The notes: a model not told the origin generated them from the letters alone. DNA of 64,000 bases from Acidobacteriaceae bacterium (GCA_003132325.1 PKXK01000075.1:23763-87762); one strand, 5' to 3'. Counted from the first letter of the stretch, positions 9,414 to 19,647 are shown. Program-made: numbers and translations.

Positions 9414-11312
9414 CTAGATGCGCGCGGCAATATTAGCTCCCGCGGTGATGGCATCCAAGATGGTTCCGGGCTTCTCGCAGTCTCCTATGCGGTAACTGGG
9501 AATCTCAAAATCTTCGTCGCAAAAGTCCAAGTCGTCATTGGGCCGGTATCCCAGGGCAACCACGACGTTGTCGCATTCGAAGGTCTTCTCTTCGCCGTTA
9601 TGGTCGGTGTAGATCACACGGTCCGGCTCGATACGGACTACCTTGGACCTGGTCATCAGCGCTACCCCGGCCTTGCGCAGCTCATAAAACATCCAGCGAC
9701 GTGTGATCGCCTCGATATTCAAACCGATGTGCGCCATCATTTCGAGGATGGCGATCTGGTGTCCCCGCGCAGCAAGGTATTCAGCCGTTTCGCAGCCGGT
9801 GCCGCCGCCGCCCACGATGGCGACTCGCTTCCCCACCTTCACCCGCTGCATCAGCAGATCTTCGGCGACCACCACATTCGGCCCGTTGACCCCGTTAATC
9901 GGCGGTACGACCGGCGAGCTTCCGGTGGCGAGCAGAATGATGTCGGGCCGCATTGCGAGTACGTCATCCTGGCTCAGGGCGCGCCCGGTTTCCACCTTCA
10001 CGCCGGTTTTATACACCTGCTGTGACAGGTAGTTGATAAAGTTGTTAATTTCTGCCTTGGAAGGTGCCGCCGCGGAAACGTGCAGCTTCCCGCCCAAGCG
10101 CAAGCTCTTCTCGACCAGCGTGACCTCGTACTTGCGCTGCCGGGCAACGCGCGCCGCTTCCAGCCCTGCGGGGCCCGCACCCACCACCAGCACTTTCAAT
10201 TTGTGGGCCGCCGGCACAACGTGGAAATCATATTCGCGTCCTAATTCTGCGTTCACTGTGCAGCGAGCTTCCAGAGCACGGGACACGAAATCCACGCAGG
10301 TGTTGCAGGAAATACAGGGACGAATGTCGTCGGGATGCCCCTCCTGCAGCTTTGAGGCCCATTCCGGATCAGCGATCAAAGCCCGTCCTAGTGCCACCAT
10401 GTCGGCCTTGTTTTCCTGCAGAATGCTTTCGGCGATCTTCACGCTGTGAATCCGTCCTACCGCGATCACCGGAACATGCGTCGCCTTCTTGATGCCAGCA
10501 GCATCGTCAGCCAAGTAGCCGGGCGGCATGAACATCGGTCCCATGATGTAGTGCAAAGTCTGCCAGTTTCCCGCGGAAACGCTAATCGAACCCACGCCCG
10601 AGGCTACCAGTTTCGGCACGACCTTCGAGTTTTCCTCGATGGTCAGGCCGCCTTCCACATACTCGCTCCCGGAAATGCGGAACTGAATTGGGAAACCAGG
10701 TACCAACTTGCGGATCCCTTCCACAATCTGCACGGGGAACAGGCAGCGGCCGTCGGTGCTGCCTCCGTATTTGTCCTCCCGCTTGTTCGCCAGAGGCGAC
10801 ATGAACTCACAGATCAGATAGCCGTGGGCCCCGTGAATCTCGACGAAGTCAAAGCCCGCATCGCGGGCGCGTCGCGCCGCCTGGACAAACTCCTCGACCA
10901 CATATTCGATCTCCGGAATCGTGAGTACCTTGGGCAGGGGACCACGCGTCGAGATGGGAATCGGACTCGGCGCGACCGGCGTGCCCAGAGTTGTCTGCCG
11001 GCCCATGTGGTTGAGCTGAATGCCCGCCACCGCTCCATGCTTCTGGATGGTCTTCGCCAGCTTGCTCAGCCCAGAAACAAAGCAATCATCGTGCAGCTTG
11101 AGCTCCGGGCCGACGCCGAGCACATCGGGATCGACAATGCAGTTTTCAACCACCACCATGCCAACATCGCTGGCCGCGCGTTTGTCGTAGTATCCGAGCA
11201 AGCGCTCCGATACGCTGCCATCCTCATGGGCGTAACCCATGCCCATGGGTGGCATCACGATGCGGTTCTTCACCCGCATGGGGCCGATTTGGATGGGCTC
11301 GAGTAGTTTCAT
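9414..11312 (-). CDS. OYE-family NADH:flavin oxidoreductase with C-terminal FAD/NAD(P) domain (2,4-dienoyl-CoA reductase / enoate reductase type)
   Basis: N-terminus PIQIGPMRVKNRIVMPPMG..EIHGAHGYLI. The Cys cluster CISCNTCVD is followed by VLVVGAGPAGLEAA and VAIVGGGGTGCETA dinucleotide folds. Confidence 0.9.
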   Translation of the reverse strand: MKLLEPIQIGPMRVKNRIVMPPMGMGYAHEDGSVSERLLGYYDKRAASDVGMVVVENCIVDPDVLGVGPELKLHDDCFVSGLSKLAKTIQKHGAVAGIQLNHMGRQTTLGTPVAPSPIPISTRGPLPKVLTIPEIEYVVEEFVQAARRARDAGFDFVEIHGAHGYLICEFMSPLANKREDKYGGSTDGRCLFPVQIVEGIRKLVPGFPIQFRISGSEYVEGGLTIEENSKVVPKLVASGVGSISVSAGNWQTLHYIMGPMFMPPGYLADDAAGIKKATHVPVIAVGRIHSVKIAESILQENKADMVALGRALIADPEWASKLQEGHPDDIRPCISCNTCVDFVSRALEARCTVNAELGREYDFHVVPAAHKLKVLVVGAGPAGLEAARVARQRKYEVTLVEKSLRLGGKLHVSAAAPSKAEINNFINYLSQQVYKTGVKVETGRALSQDDVLAMRPDIILLATGSSPVVPPINGVNGPNVVVAEDLLMQRVKVGKRVAIVGGGGTGCETAEYLAARGHQIAILEMMAHIGLNIEAITRRWMFYELRKAGVALMTRSKVVRIEPDRVIYTDHNGEEKTFECDNVVVALGYRPNDDLDFCDEDFEIPSYRIGDCEKPGTILDAITAGANIAARI

Positions 11313-11315
11313 CCC

Positions 11316-12104
11316 TTACTGCCTCAACATTCCTTCCACGTCGATCCGCTCGCGCAAGGTCCTCAATTCTTCTTCCGTAGGGCCGGTCGTCTGCGGAACG
11401 TCGGAAGGAACGATCAAATCGAAACCGGTGTTGTCGATTACCTGTTGCACGGTCACGCCGGGGTGTACGCTTTTCAGGCGCATGCGTTTGGACTTTTCTT
11501 CAAAGTCCATCACGCAGAGCGGAGTAATGCAATAGACCGGGCCGTTTCCCGGAATGCCGAGCTTTTGCCTCCCAGCGGGTCCACCCTCGCCCCACCCAAC
11601 GGTCGAAATGAAGTCGCATTTATCTACAAAGATCCGTTTGTCATGCGACTGCACAAACAGGTAGTAGCGGTCCACGTAGTGCGCCATGGAAAGCGTCCCC
11701 ACCGCTCCCGGTCCGCGAAAAGTAAGATGTTTGTAATCCTTGCCCACACCAATCAGGTTCGAGTTGCCGAACTTATCGATCTGCAACGCACCCACGACGA
11801 ACGTGTCCGATACAAGCCTCGGATCTTCCTGAAAGTCATCGTGCAGTACATACGCTTCCGCCCATTTCGCCGGCCGGATGTCATACACCGTGTAGAACGG
11901 CTCCATCCGCGGCTCTTTGGTTAGATTGGTGAACGTCATGGTCACGTACAACCGCACGTTCGGACAGCGCAATAGATGCGCCAGCAGAATTCCCGCACGA
12001 GGCACATGCAAGCCTGCGCCTACGGCCACGCGCTCGCCATCGCGCACCTGGTGCGAGATAAACGTCGCCAGCAGTTCCTTCGTCGTGTAGTCAGCGCTGC
12101 TCAT
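11316..12104 (-). CDS. CoA-transferase subunit B (glutaconate-CoA-transferase-like)
   Basis: ..LQIDKFGNSNLIGVG..FRGPGAVG..FVDKCDFIS..VMDFEEKSKRMRLKSVHPG... Paralog of 41800-42612. Confidence 0.85.
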   Translation of the reverse strand: MSSADYTTKELLATFISHQVRDGERVAVGAGLHVPRAGILLAHLLRCPNVRLYVTMTFTNLTKEPRMEPFYTVYDIRPAKWAEAYVLHDDFQEDPRLVSDTFVVGALQIDKFGNSNLIGVGKDYKHLTFRGPGAVGTLSMAHYVDRYYLFVQSHDKRIFVDKCDFISTVGWGEGGPAGRQKLGIPGNGPVYCITPLCVMDFEEKSKRMRLKSVHPGVTVQQVIDNTGFDLIVPSDVPQTTGPTEEELRTLRERIDVEGMLRQ

Positions 12105-12105
12105 T

Positions 12106-13005
12106 TCAGTACTCGTGTAACGAAATCAACCGGCGGATCCCGATCGCTTCCAGGTAATCCTCATGCGTCTTCGGGGCGAGAACATATTTCTGCAAGTAGT
12201 CTTCAAAGGGCTTGCGATCTCCGTTCTTCGCGTAAGCATTCCCGGCCGCAACGTATTCGCGGATGTGTGCGCCATCCTCGATGTAGTATCCCGGACCCGC
12301 AAACGGGTGCGATCCGTACGGAGCCCGGACCACCGCATCCACTCCGTAGAGCGAAGTTGCCCGAGGATCTTTCCGGATTTCTTCGTTGGGCAGCACGCGC
12401 TCAACTTGCGCTATGGTCTTCTTCGCCGCACGCCACATGGCGCGATCGCCAAATCCGGTCCCCACATGCTGCACGTTGCCGTAGGCATCTGAATGCGCGG
12501 CATAAATAATGGCCAGCTCCGGCGTGATCGCCGGGATCGCCAGCACCGGCTCGCCGCTGATGGGGTCGTTATAGACCTTGATCTCCGGATTGATCTCCGG
12601 AAACGAGGTGCCGATGCCTGCCTTCCAGGGCGTGGACGGCAGCCCCTGCGCAGCGGCGCGCAGCGCGCAATAAAACATTCCCTCGTCGCACTCGAAGATC
12701 TCCAGTTCCCCGCGCTGCGCGGCCACCCGAAAAAATGGAGCTACCGGGCAGTAATGCTCTCCGCCCATGTACGTGGTGACCAGCTTTCTTACACACCCCG
12801 CGGCTATCAGCAGATCGAGATCAAGTCCGCCCGACGCCGCGCCGACCACCGTCAAATTCCTGACGCCACGGCGGATGATCTGGCGCACCAGGGCCATGGG
12901 ATGACTCGAGTTGATGAAACCGCCAATGGCAATGGTCATGCCATCGCGGACCATCTCCGCGGCTTCGGTCTCGCCGATGACCAGGCTTTTGCGTTCTGCA
13001 AGCAT
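12106..13005 (-). CDS. CoA-transferase subunit A (glutaconate-CoA-transferase-like)
   Basis: ..MTIAIGGFINSSHPMALVRQIIRRG..LLIAAGCVRK..AAHSDAYGNVQ... Paralog of 42615-43514. Confidence 0.85.
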   Translation of the reverse strand: MLAERKSLVIGETEAAEMVRDGMTIAIGGFINSSHPMALVRQIIRRGVRNLTVVGAASGGLDLDLLIAAGCVRKLVTTYMGGEHYCPVAPFFRVAAQRGELEIFECDEGMFYCALRAAAQGLPSTPWKAGIGTSFPEINPEIKVYNDPISGEPVLAIPAITPELAIIYAAHSDAYGNVQHVGTGFGDRAMWRAAKKTIAQVERVLPNEEIRKDPRATSLYGVDAVVRAPYGSHPFAGPGYYIEDGAHIREYVAAGNAYAKNGDRKPFEDYLQKYVLAPKTHEDYLEAIGIRRLISLHEY

Positions 13006-14396
13006 CAGTCGTGCCAGGATTCCTTGAATTCAGGAATTTTCGTTCCCAGGATCTGCTCTACGCACGTCAGTCCCGCCCGCGCCGCGCGGTCCACGCCAAT
13101 GCCGCGCGAGCGGAAGGTCTCGGAAGCAAACCACAATCCCTCCACCCCCGGGGCCGTGTAGTCCGGACGAAACATTCCGACCAGCGCCGGCTTCTGAAAC
13201 ACTCCGAAGGCCGGCTGCTGCACCACGTGCCGCCGCTTCCAAATGATGTTTTTCGCGGTCCAGCGGTTGGGATAAAACGCCGCCAGATCTTTCTCGATGA
13301 GGTTAAATTTTTGCTCGATCCACTCCCGGCCCCGCGCTCCCTGGTAAGCGAACCCGCAGTTGTAGAGGTGAACCCCAGGCGGCGCGACCGAGGGATCGTA
13401 GCCCGTCGCCAGGAAAGCCCAGCCCGGCAGGCGACTGTTGGCGGAATCAAACCAGATTGCCAGTTCGGTGGGATCCAGGCCGGTGAAGATCGGCTCATGG
13501 CTGGCAACGTACATGCCAAGCCAGCAGACTTTGTACTCATCGGCGGCCAGCGTCTTGATCTTGGTGGCATACCAATCTGGAAGATTCTTCTCGGGCACCA
13601 CGTTCAGCACATTCCACACCGGCAGCGTGCTGATCACCGCATCGGCTTCAATCACATCCCAGTTGAACCCTTCAGTCATCATTGCTTTCGGACCTTTGTC
13701 AAACGCCACACCCTTGACGCGGCCGTTCTCGATGATAACCTTCTGGGCGCTGGTCTCAGTCCACAGATCGCCGCCGTTGGCCTTGAGTGACGCCGCCAGC
13801 TTGTCGAAGATGCCGTGCCATCCGCCTTCGGGCCAGCAGGAGTAGCCGGCGACGCGGCGTTCCATGTAGTGCATTTTGCGGGTGTAAAGATTATCGCTGG
13901 CGGAATGGTCCCACCACTTGTCGGTGAGGCATTCGGCGCAGGCGATGTACTCGAAGAGCGCGATGACGCCTTCGCTCGTCGTGTACTGCAGCAGCCACTC
14001 GCGCATGGGCTTGTCGTCCCACTTGTCGAGTTCTTTCCAATCGGTATCGCAAAGAATCTTGATGACTTTCTTGAGTTCGTTCTTGTCGGTGCTGTAGAGC
14101 GACTGGATGCTCTGCCACTTGCCGTCCACCCAAACCGGCATGCCCTTGCTGGTGAGCCCGTGCTTCAGTTCGCCGCCAAGGTACGAAATGATCTTGGTGA
14201 TCCCCGAGCCGCCATCCTCCAGCAGATGCCCGCCCAGGCTGAGCCGATAGCCTTCGAAGGGCACAGCCATGGCCCGGCCGCCCAGATGTTTCTCGCGATC
14301 CATGACCACAACTCTCTTGCCCTGTTTGGCGAGCAACGCGCCCGCGGTCAGTCCCGCCGCCCCTGCCCCAATTACGACAACGTCATATTTAGCCAT
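13005..14396 (-). CDS. FAD-dependent oxidoreductase, phytoene-desaturase (CrtI)-like family
   Basis: Start MAKYDVVVIGAGAAGLTAGALLAKQGKRVVVMDREKHLGGRA (Rossmann GxGxxG + E..LGGR) follows RBS GGAGAG. Confidence 0.8.
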   Translation of the reverse strand: MAKYDVVVIGAGAAGLTAGALLAKQGKRVVVMDREKHLGGRAMAVPFEGYRLSLGGHLLEDGGSGITKIISYLGGELKHGLTSKGMPVWVDGKWQSIQSLYSTDKNELKKVIKILCDTDWKELDKWDDKPMREWLLQYTTSEGVIALFEYIACAECLTDKWWDHSASDNLYTRKMHYMERRVAGYSCWPEGGWHGIFDKLAASLKANGGDLWTETSAQKVIIENGRVKGVAFDKGPKAMMTEGFNWDVIEADAVISTLPVWNVLNVVPEKNLPDWYATKIKTLAADEYKVCWLGMYVASHEPIFTGLDPTELAIWFDSANSRLPGWAFLATGYDPSVAPPGVHLYNCGFAYQGARGREWIEQKFNLIEKDLAAFYPNRWTAKNIIWKRRHVVQQPAFGVFQKPALVGMFRPDYTAPGVEGLWFASETFRSRGIGVDRAARAGLTCVEQILGTKIPEFKESWHD

Positions 14397-14409
14397 TCGC
14401 TCTCCGTCG

Positions 14410-15564
14410 CTAATCGCTGCGATATCCCAATGCGTATTCGGCGACCACGCTTCGATGCAGTTGGTTCTGCCCCTCGACAATCTGAAAAATCTTGGCGTCG
14501 CGGAAATACCGGCTCACCGGCGACTCTCCCAGGCAACCATAGGCCCCGTGAATCTGCACCGCATGAGTCGCCGCCATCAAAGCCGCGTCACTCGCCATCA
14601 TCTTTGCCAGACTTGCCTGGGCCCGCGTTCCCGGCAATTTCTGGTCTTTCATCCAAGCCAGACGATAGGTGGCGGCACGCGCGCCCTCAAGGCCGGCTGC
14701 CATGTCGGTCAACATGGATTGCACCAACTGAAACCGCCCGATCGGCTGGTCGAACACGATGCGCTCGCGAGCGTACTTGACCGAAGCGTCGTAGGAAGCC
14801 TGCGCCAGTCCCAGGGCCCGAGCGGCCACTCCCAAGCGGCCGTTTTCCACCGCACACATCGCCACTTTCAGCCCTTGCCCCTCTGCCCCGACGCGGTTGC
14901 CTGCCGGAACCCGGCAGTCTTCCAGAAACACATCTCCGGAACTCAGCGGGCGGAATCCCAGCTTGTTCTTGTACGGCTTCAGCTTCATGCCGGGCGTGTC
15001 GCGTTCAATGATGAAAGCGCAAATATTCTTGCGCGGGTGGGCGCGATCCAGCGTGGCAAAGGTCAGCACGAAATCGCAAACATCCAGAAAGCTGATCCAA
15101 GCCTTGTTGCCGTTGAGGACGTAGCTGTTGCCATCCTTTACCGCCAGGGTCTGCATCGCGGCCACGTCGGTCCCGGAATGCGGCTCGGTGACTGCGGTCG
15201 CGGCGAAGATTTTCCCCTGCGCCAGGGGCTTCAGATATTTCTGTTTCTGCTCTTCCGTGCCGTATTGCAGGATGCCCGCCCCGCAAAGCCCACTGGGAAA
15301 CGACAGCGCGCAAGCCACGGCATGGCAAACTTTAGAGATCTCTTCCAGAATGATGGTGTAACTGACAAAATCGAGCGCGGATCCGCCGTACTCGGTGGGC
15401 ACCACGCCGCCCATGAAGCCGAGTTCCGCGGCTTTGCGGGCGATCCCGGCGGGAAATCGTTCTTCCTGGTCGTACTCGGTGACGAACGGAGCAATCTCAC
15501 GCTCGGCAAACTCCCGCGCCGTCTTGCGGATCTGTTGCTGTTCGTCGCTCCAGCCGAAATGCAC
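14410..15564 (-). CDS. Acyl-CoA dehydrogenase (short/medium-chain type); first gene of the long minus-strand operon
   Basis: GTG start. ..AVTEPHSGTD.., ..IHGAYGCLGESPVSRYFRDAKIFQIVEG... Confidence 0.9.
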   Translation of the reverse strand: MHFGWSDEQQQIRKTAREFAEREIAPFVTEYDQEERFPAGIARKAAELGFMGGVVPTEYGGSALDFVSYTIILEEISKVCHAVACALSFPSGLCGAGILQYGTEEQKQKYLKPLAQGKIFAATAVTEPHSGTDVAAMQTLAVKDGNSYVLNGNKAWISFLDVCDFVLTFATLDRAHPRKNICAFIIERDTPGMKLKPYKNKLGFRPLSSGDVFLEDCRVPAGNRVGAEGQGLKVAMCAVENGRLGVAARALGLAQASYDASVKYARERIVFDQPIGRFQLVQSMLTDMAAGLEGARAATYRLAWMKDQKLPGTRAQASLAKMMASDAALMAATHAVQIHGAYGCLGESPVSRYFRDAKIFQIVEGQNQLHRSVVAEYALGYRSD

Positions 15565-15590
15565 GATACCCCCGCGGAGAAGAGTATTCT

Positions 15591-15604
15591 ACCAAACGTT
15601 TGTT
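15591..15604. promoter_or_regulatory. Operator-like palindrome, copy 1 (ACCAAACGTTTGTT)
   Basis: 13/14 match to ACCAAACGTTTGGT. It lies 27 nt upstream of the ACAD start and abuts the -10 element. Confidence 0.7.
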
Positions 15605-15631
15605 TATATACTAACTGGCCCTTGCGGTCAA
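15603..15631 (-). promoter_or_regulatory. Sigma70-type promoter TTGACC-17-TATAAA
   Basis: The minus strand reads TTGACC gcaagggccagttagta TATAAA, running straight into the palindrome. Confidence 0.55.
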
Positions 15632-15654
15632 CGGTTTTCCCAAGCGGAGGATTC

Positions 15655-16068
15655 TTACCCCGCCAACACGCGGAAATGCTCGATGTCGAGGATGCTGGCG
15701 GAACGTTCCGATCGCCATACCGGCTCGACCGGGCTGCCGATCTTGAGGCGCCCACCATCGGCGACCACCCAATGCAAAAAAGATGAATCGGCCCCGTCCA
15801 AATGAATCAGCCCGAACGTCCGGTCCGCGCTGCTCGAGTAACTCAAGAGCTGCCCGGTTCCTGTCAGTTCCCGAAATTCCGTGACCGGCTGCCAGCACCG
15901 TCCGCAAAATGAAAGGGGCGGAACGCTCCGCCGGCCGCATTTCGAACACACGCTGGCCACGATCTTCTGGTCCGTCAGCCCTTGCAGAAAGCGTGTGACC
16001 GCCGGCCCTGCCGTGTATTGGAACGGGATCTCGATTCTCTGCCGCACACTCCAGTGCGCTGCGCTCAT
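15655..16068 (-). CDS. DUF35 (Zn-ribbon/OB-fold) protein
   Basis: Start MSAAHW follows GGAGGAGG, with ATGA overlap with the upstream gene. CSKCGRRSVPPLSFCGRC + ..FGLIHLDGAD... Confidence 0.8.
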   Translation of the reverse strand: MSAAHWSVRQRIEIPFQYTAGPAVTRFLQGLTDQKIVASVCSKCGRRSVPPLSFCGRCWQPVTEFRELTGTGQLLSYSSSADRTFGLIHLDGADSSFLHWVVADGGRLKIGSPVEPVWRSERSASILDIEHFRVLAG

Positions 16069-16556
16069 CGCGCCTCCTCCAGCGTGCGGAAATGCTGAAT
16101 GTCCAGCAAGCTGCCGGTGCGCTGCTCGCGGAACACGGCTTTGACCCGCTGCCCGACGTAAATCTTCTTCGGGTCGGTTTCTTCGAGAAAGTGATACATC
16201 GCCGTATCCGCGCCATCCAGGCGCACCATGGCAAATCCATAAGGTACCGGGCGCTGTTCGCCGGTCATGGGATCGATGAACGGCAACTCCACCACCGTAC
16301 AGCCGACCAGCGAGCCCTCGTCGCTGACCGGAACCCACTCTTTGGTCTCCGCAAAGCAGATGCCGCAGACCGGTCGCGGGGGCACGTACACGCGCTGGCA
16401 CGAAGGACACCGAACTCCGAGGATCCGCCCGTGATCGCGCAGTTCGCCGAAGAATCGTTCCGCGTGTGCACCCAGCGCGTACTCGTATTCCATACTCAGC
16501 TGGAACGGGATTCGCAAAGCCTTCTGTTCCACGACTTCCGCCTTCATCGCAGCCAT
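16065..16556 (-). CDS. DUF35 (Zn-ribbon/OB-fold) protein
   Basis: CPSCQRVYVPPRPVCGIC + ..YGFAMVRLDGAD..; 163 aa. Confidence 0.85.
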   Translation of the reverse strand: MAAMKAEVVEQKALRIPFQLSMEYEYALGAHAERFFGELRDHGRILGVRCPSCQRVYVPPRPVCGICFAETKEWVPVSDEGSLVGCTVVELPFIDPMTGEQRPVPYGFAMVRLDGADTAMYHFLEETDPKKIYVGQRVKAVFREQRTGSLLDIQHFRTLEEAR

Positions 16557-16560
16557 CTCT

Positions 16561-17718
16561 TTAGTTGCTCGCCAGAATCAATGCGTCGGTCCACGCGTTG
16601 CCGCCGTAGCCCGTCGCCAGCGCGGTGCGGACATTCGGCACCTGCCGCTTCCCCGCCTTGCCCATCACCTGGAGCGCGGCTTCGGCAACCCGGATCATCG
16701 CCGTGGCTCCAATCGGATTTGTGCTCAGCACCCCTCCTGAAGGATTGACGGGCAGCTCGCCAGTCATGCTGGTCACGCCTTCGTCGATCAGCCTGCCACC
16801 GTGCCCGCGTTCGCAGAACCTCAGGTTCTCGTACATCGCCATCTCGGCATAAGTCGCCACTTCGTAAATCTCGGCGACGTCCAGCTCTTTCCGCGGATTC
16901 GTGATTCCCACCGCCTTGTAAACCTTCTGCGACGCCGCGATTTGGCTGCGCATGATCGCCAAGCGCTTGGGGCTATCGCCCATGTATTGTTGTTCGTGCG
17001 CCGTCGCCACGGCCCTGATCCACGCCGGACGGGGCGCCAGTTTCCTGGCCTTGGACTCCTCGGCAATCACCATGGCCACCGCTCCATCGGACTGCGGACA
17101 CATATCCAGCTTACGGATGGGATGCGCCAGGATCTGCGAAGCCAGAACTTCTTCCACCGTAAGATTCGGCATTTGCAGGTGAGCGTATTCGTTGTTGCAG
17201 GCGTTGCGCCGGGCCTTCACGGCGACCTTGGCCGCCTGCTCGGGGGTCACCCCGCTTTCATGGATGTAGGTGCTCGCCATGACAGCGAAATTTCCCACCG
17301 CACCGGCCATCATCGTGCGCTCCCAAACGGGATCACCCACCGTAGTGATCGCGGCCTGCGTATGCCCGTCCGATTGCTTTTCAAATCCCACGGCCAGCAC
17401 GGTGTCATAAAGCCCAGCAGCAACGTAGTAGTAAGCGGCCATGGTGGTAGTGGTACCCACCGTGCCGCCAGTATTGAACTTCACCGAAGGCTTCAGATAT
17501 CCACCCCAACCTTCGACGCTCCACAGTTCGGGAAACATAAAGCCCTCAAAGGGCTCCATGTTGCCGAGAAACACGGCATCCACATCTTCCATGCGCAGGT
17601 CGGCATCTTCCAGCGCCTTGGTGACGACCTCGGTTATCAGTTCGCGGAGATTGACGTCGAGGCGCCTGGAGCCGTGCTTGGTCTGTCCGGTCGCAACGAT
17701 GCCGACTTTCCTACCCAT
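16561..17718 (-). CDS. Thiolase-fold protein lacking the canonical Cys/His/Cys residues (Ltp2-like / non-catalytic partner)
   Basis: Overall SCP-x thiolase pattern (..DMCPQSDGAVAMVIA.., NPSGG). However, it has FNTGGTVGTT where 506-1675 has NYCATGTDA, AEIYEVATYAE instead of AEVHDCFTWTE, and TNPIGATA instead of GHPVGATG. Confidence 0.85.
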   Translation of the reverse strand: MGRKVGIVATGQTKHGSRRLDVNLRELITEVVTKALEDADLRMEDVDAVFLGNMEPFEGFMFPELWSVEGWGGYLKPSVKFNTGGTVGTTTTMAAYYYVAAGLYDTVLAVGFEKQSDGHTQAAITTVGDPVWERTMMAGAVGNFAVMASTYIHESGVTPEQAAKVAVKARRNACNNEYAHLQMPNLTVEEVLASQILAHPIRKLDMCPQSDGAVAMVIAEESKARKLAPRPAWIRAVATAHEQQYMGDSPKRLAIMRSQIAASQKVYKAVGITNPRKELDVAEIYEVATYAEMAMYENLRFCERGHGGRLIDEGVTSMTGELPVNPSGGVLSTNPIGATAMIRVAEAALQVMGKAGKRQVPNVRTALATGYGGNAWTDALILASN

Positions 17719-17721
17719 AAT

Positions 17722-18849
17722 CTATGCCTCTCCCCGGCGCAGGATTACCACCGCCTGGGTCTGCCCACAAATTCCGTCGGCGCCATGGGCCAACGCAACG
17801 CTCGCGCCCGGAACCTGGTGGGCCCCGGCCGCGTCCGAGAGTTGCAGGTAAGCCTCGGCGACGCGCGTCAGTCCCGCGACCGTGGCTGGGTTTCCTGTAA
17901 TCGCACCACCGGAGGGGTTCACCTTTCCGCCGTTTTCCGATGCGGCGACCTTGGCCACGTCTTTTCTGGCCCACAATCCAAGCGCCTCGCCGTAAAGCAG
18001 TTCCTCTTGCGCGTAGCGGGCGGAGATCTCAGCGACGTCAATGTCTTTTGCACCCACGCCTGCCATCTGGTAAGCGCGCTTCGCGGCCTGCGAAAGGGCC
18101 ACAGCTTGAGCCAGATCGCGATCCGTCCAGTAGGCGTCGGTGGAATTTCCCATCCCGCTGATCCATACTGCGCGACTGCCGAATGTTTTTGCTTTCTCAG
18201 GACTCGCCAGCAACAAGGCGCAAGCTCCGTCCGACGTCGGGGCCGCCATGAGCTCCGTCAAAGGATCGGCGTATGCGGCCGCACTAAGAATCTGTTCGAT
18301 TTTGTACTCGCCGGCCCGCAGAGCCAGGGGATTTTTCATCGCATCGCGATGATTTTTCTGTGATACCTGGGCTAGCGTCTCGCTCCCGATTCCCGCCGCG
18401 TTCATGTACGCTCGGGCCTGCAGCCCAGCCGCGGTCGGCGCAAGGACTCCCAAGGGCCGCTGGCAGTAGGGATCGAACATCACAGCCGTAATCTTCTGCC
18501 CTTGGCCCTCGGACTCCTTGCAGTGCGCCACCACCAGCGTGTATTCGAAAGCCCCAGCCAAAATACGGGCGGCGCCATAGATCAGCGCCTGGATCCCGTC
18601 GGATGCGACTTTGGCCTCGGACTTCAGATACCCGCCCACCACTTCGCTGACCGACATGCTGGAGATCGTTTTGCCATCCCAGAAGTCCTGCGACGCGGTG
18701 ACCATGCTTTCGATCTCCTGCATGGGGACGCCGGTCTGCTTCAAAAGCCCGGCAACGACCTCGTACACAAGTTCGTTGTAAGTCTGGTGGGCTTTCTTCG
18801 CCTCATACCGGGTCTGCACTGCTCCGACAATGGCCACGCCTGCACTCAT
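17722..18849 (-). CDS. Thiolase-fold protein lacking the canonical Cys/His/Cys residues (second paralog)
   Basis: Start MSAGVAIVGAVQTRYE (ATGA overlap). KVASDGIQAL, AEISARYAQEE and GNPATVAGL sit at the three catalytic positions. The ORF-track start at 19083 overlaps the crotonase gene. Confidence 0.8.
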   Translation of the reverse strand: MSAGVAIVGAVQTRYEAKKAHQTYNELVYEVVAGLLKQTGVPMQEIESMVTASQDFWDGKTISSMSVSEVVGGYLKSEAKVASDGIQALIYGAARILAGAFEYTLVVAHCKESEGQGQKITAVMFDPYCQRPLGVLAPTAAGLQARAYMNAAGIGSETLAQVSQKNHRDAMKNPLALRAGEYKIEQILSAAAYADPLTELMAAPTSDGACALLLASPEKAKTFGSRAVWISGMGNSTDAYWTDRDLAQAVALSQAAKRAYQMAGVGAKDIDVAEISARYAQEELLYGEALGLWARKDVAKVAASENGGKVNPSGGAITGNPATVAGLTRVAEAYLQLSDAAGAHQVPGASVALAHGADGICGQTQAVVILRRGEA

Positions 18850-19643
18850 TTTCCCAACCAACGCGCCTTTCGTTTCTCGACAAATGCCGAGATCCCCTCC
18901 CGTGCATCCTGCGAGAGCACCGCTTTCCGGCAATGCTCCTTCTCGACTTCGAATCCCTCGCGATACGATCTTCCGATTGACTCGCGTAGACACTGCTTGA
19001 TCAGGGAGACGGCAACCGGAGCCTGGCCCGCCAGTTGCGAAGCGAACGCCTGCGCCTCGCCCAGTGTCTTCTCGGCATCGCAAGCGCGAGTGACTAGTCC
19101 GATCCGCGCCGCCTCGTCAGCATCCAAATAGGCGCCGGTCATCATTAGCTCGAGAGCTTTGGCGTATCCCACGGCCCGCGGCAGGCGCTGTGTGCCGCCG
19201 CCCCCGGGGATGATGCCGAGGTTCACCTCGGGCAGTCCGATGCGCGCCGGGCCCCGGCTCATGAAGCGGAAATCCAGGCACAGAGAAAATTCGCAGCCGC
19301 CGCCCAGCGCGTAGCCGGTAATCGCCGCAATCGTCGGCTTGGTAATGCGCTCCAGTCGCCCGAATACCTGGTGTACCCGCGCGATCACCTTATTCACGTA
19401 TTCTTCTTCGAAGCGGTATTCCTTCATCCGCTTGATGTCGGCGCCCGCCATAAATATCTTGGGATTGCGAGTGGCGAAAACTACTGCCCGCGTCTCCGAA
19501 TCCGCATCCATCTGGTCGCTTAGCCGCAGCAGTTCGTCATAGAGGTCGTTGTCGAGCGTGTTCGCCGGCGGCTTATCGAGATAAACCGTCGCGACCCCGC
19601 CCGACTGCTCGAGGCTGAGAAACTTGAACGAGTCAAAACTCAC
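18846..19643 (-). CDS. Enoyl-CoA hydratase/isomerase (crotonase) family
   Basis: GTG start at 19643, 4 nt after the upstream stop. ..VATVYLDKPPANTLD..FMAGADIK..ITGYALGGGCEFSLCLDFR..PEVNLGIIPGGGGTQRL... Confidence 0.85.
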   Translation of the reverse strand: MSFDSFKFLSLEQSGGVATVYLDKPPANTLDNDLYDELLRLSDQMDADSETRAVVFATRNPKIFMAGADIKRMKEYRFEEEYVNKVIARVHQVFGRLERITKPTIAAITGYALGGGCEFSLCLDFRFMSRGPARIGLPEVNLGIIPGGGGTQRLPRAVGYAKALELMMTGAYLDADEAARIGLVTRACDAEKTLGEAQAFASQLAGQAPVAVSLIKQCLRESIGRSYREGFEVEKEHCRKAVLSQDAREGISAFVEKRKARWLGK

Positions 19644-19647
19644 GCGA

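Noticed and set aside
9383-9454. Longer TetR start at 9454 from the ORF track
   Set aside because: It would overlap the stop of the upstream OYE gene by 41 nt and adds an Arg-rich extension. A TTG with AAGGAGG at 9382, or the ATG at 9340, is more plausible.
15611-16240. 209-aa minus-strand ORF overlapping both DUF35 genes
   Set aside because: It is an alternative frame of two genes with clear Zn-ribbon/OB-fold motifs, and its sequence is Arg-rich and featureless.
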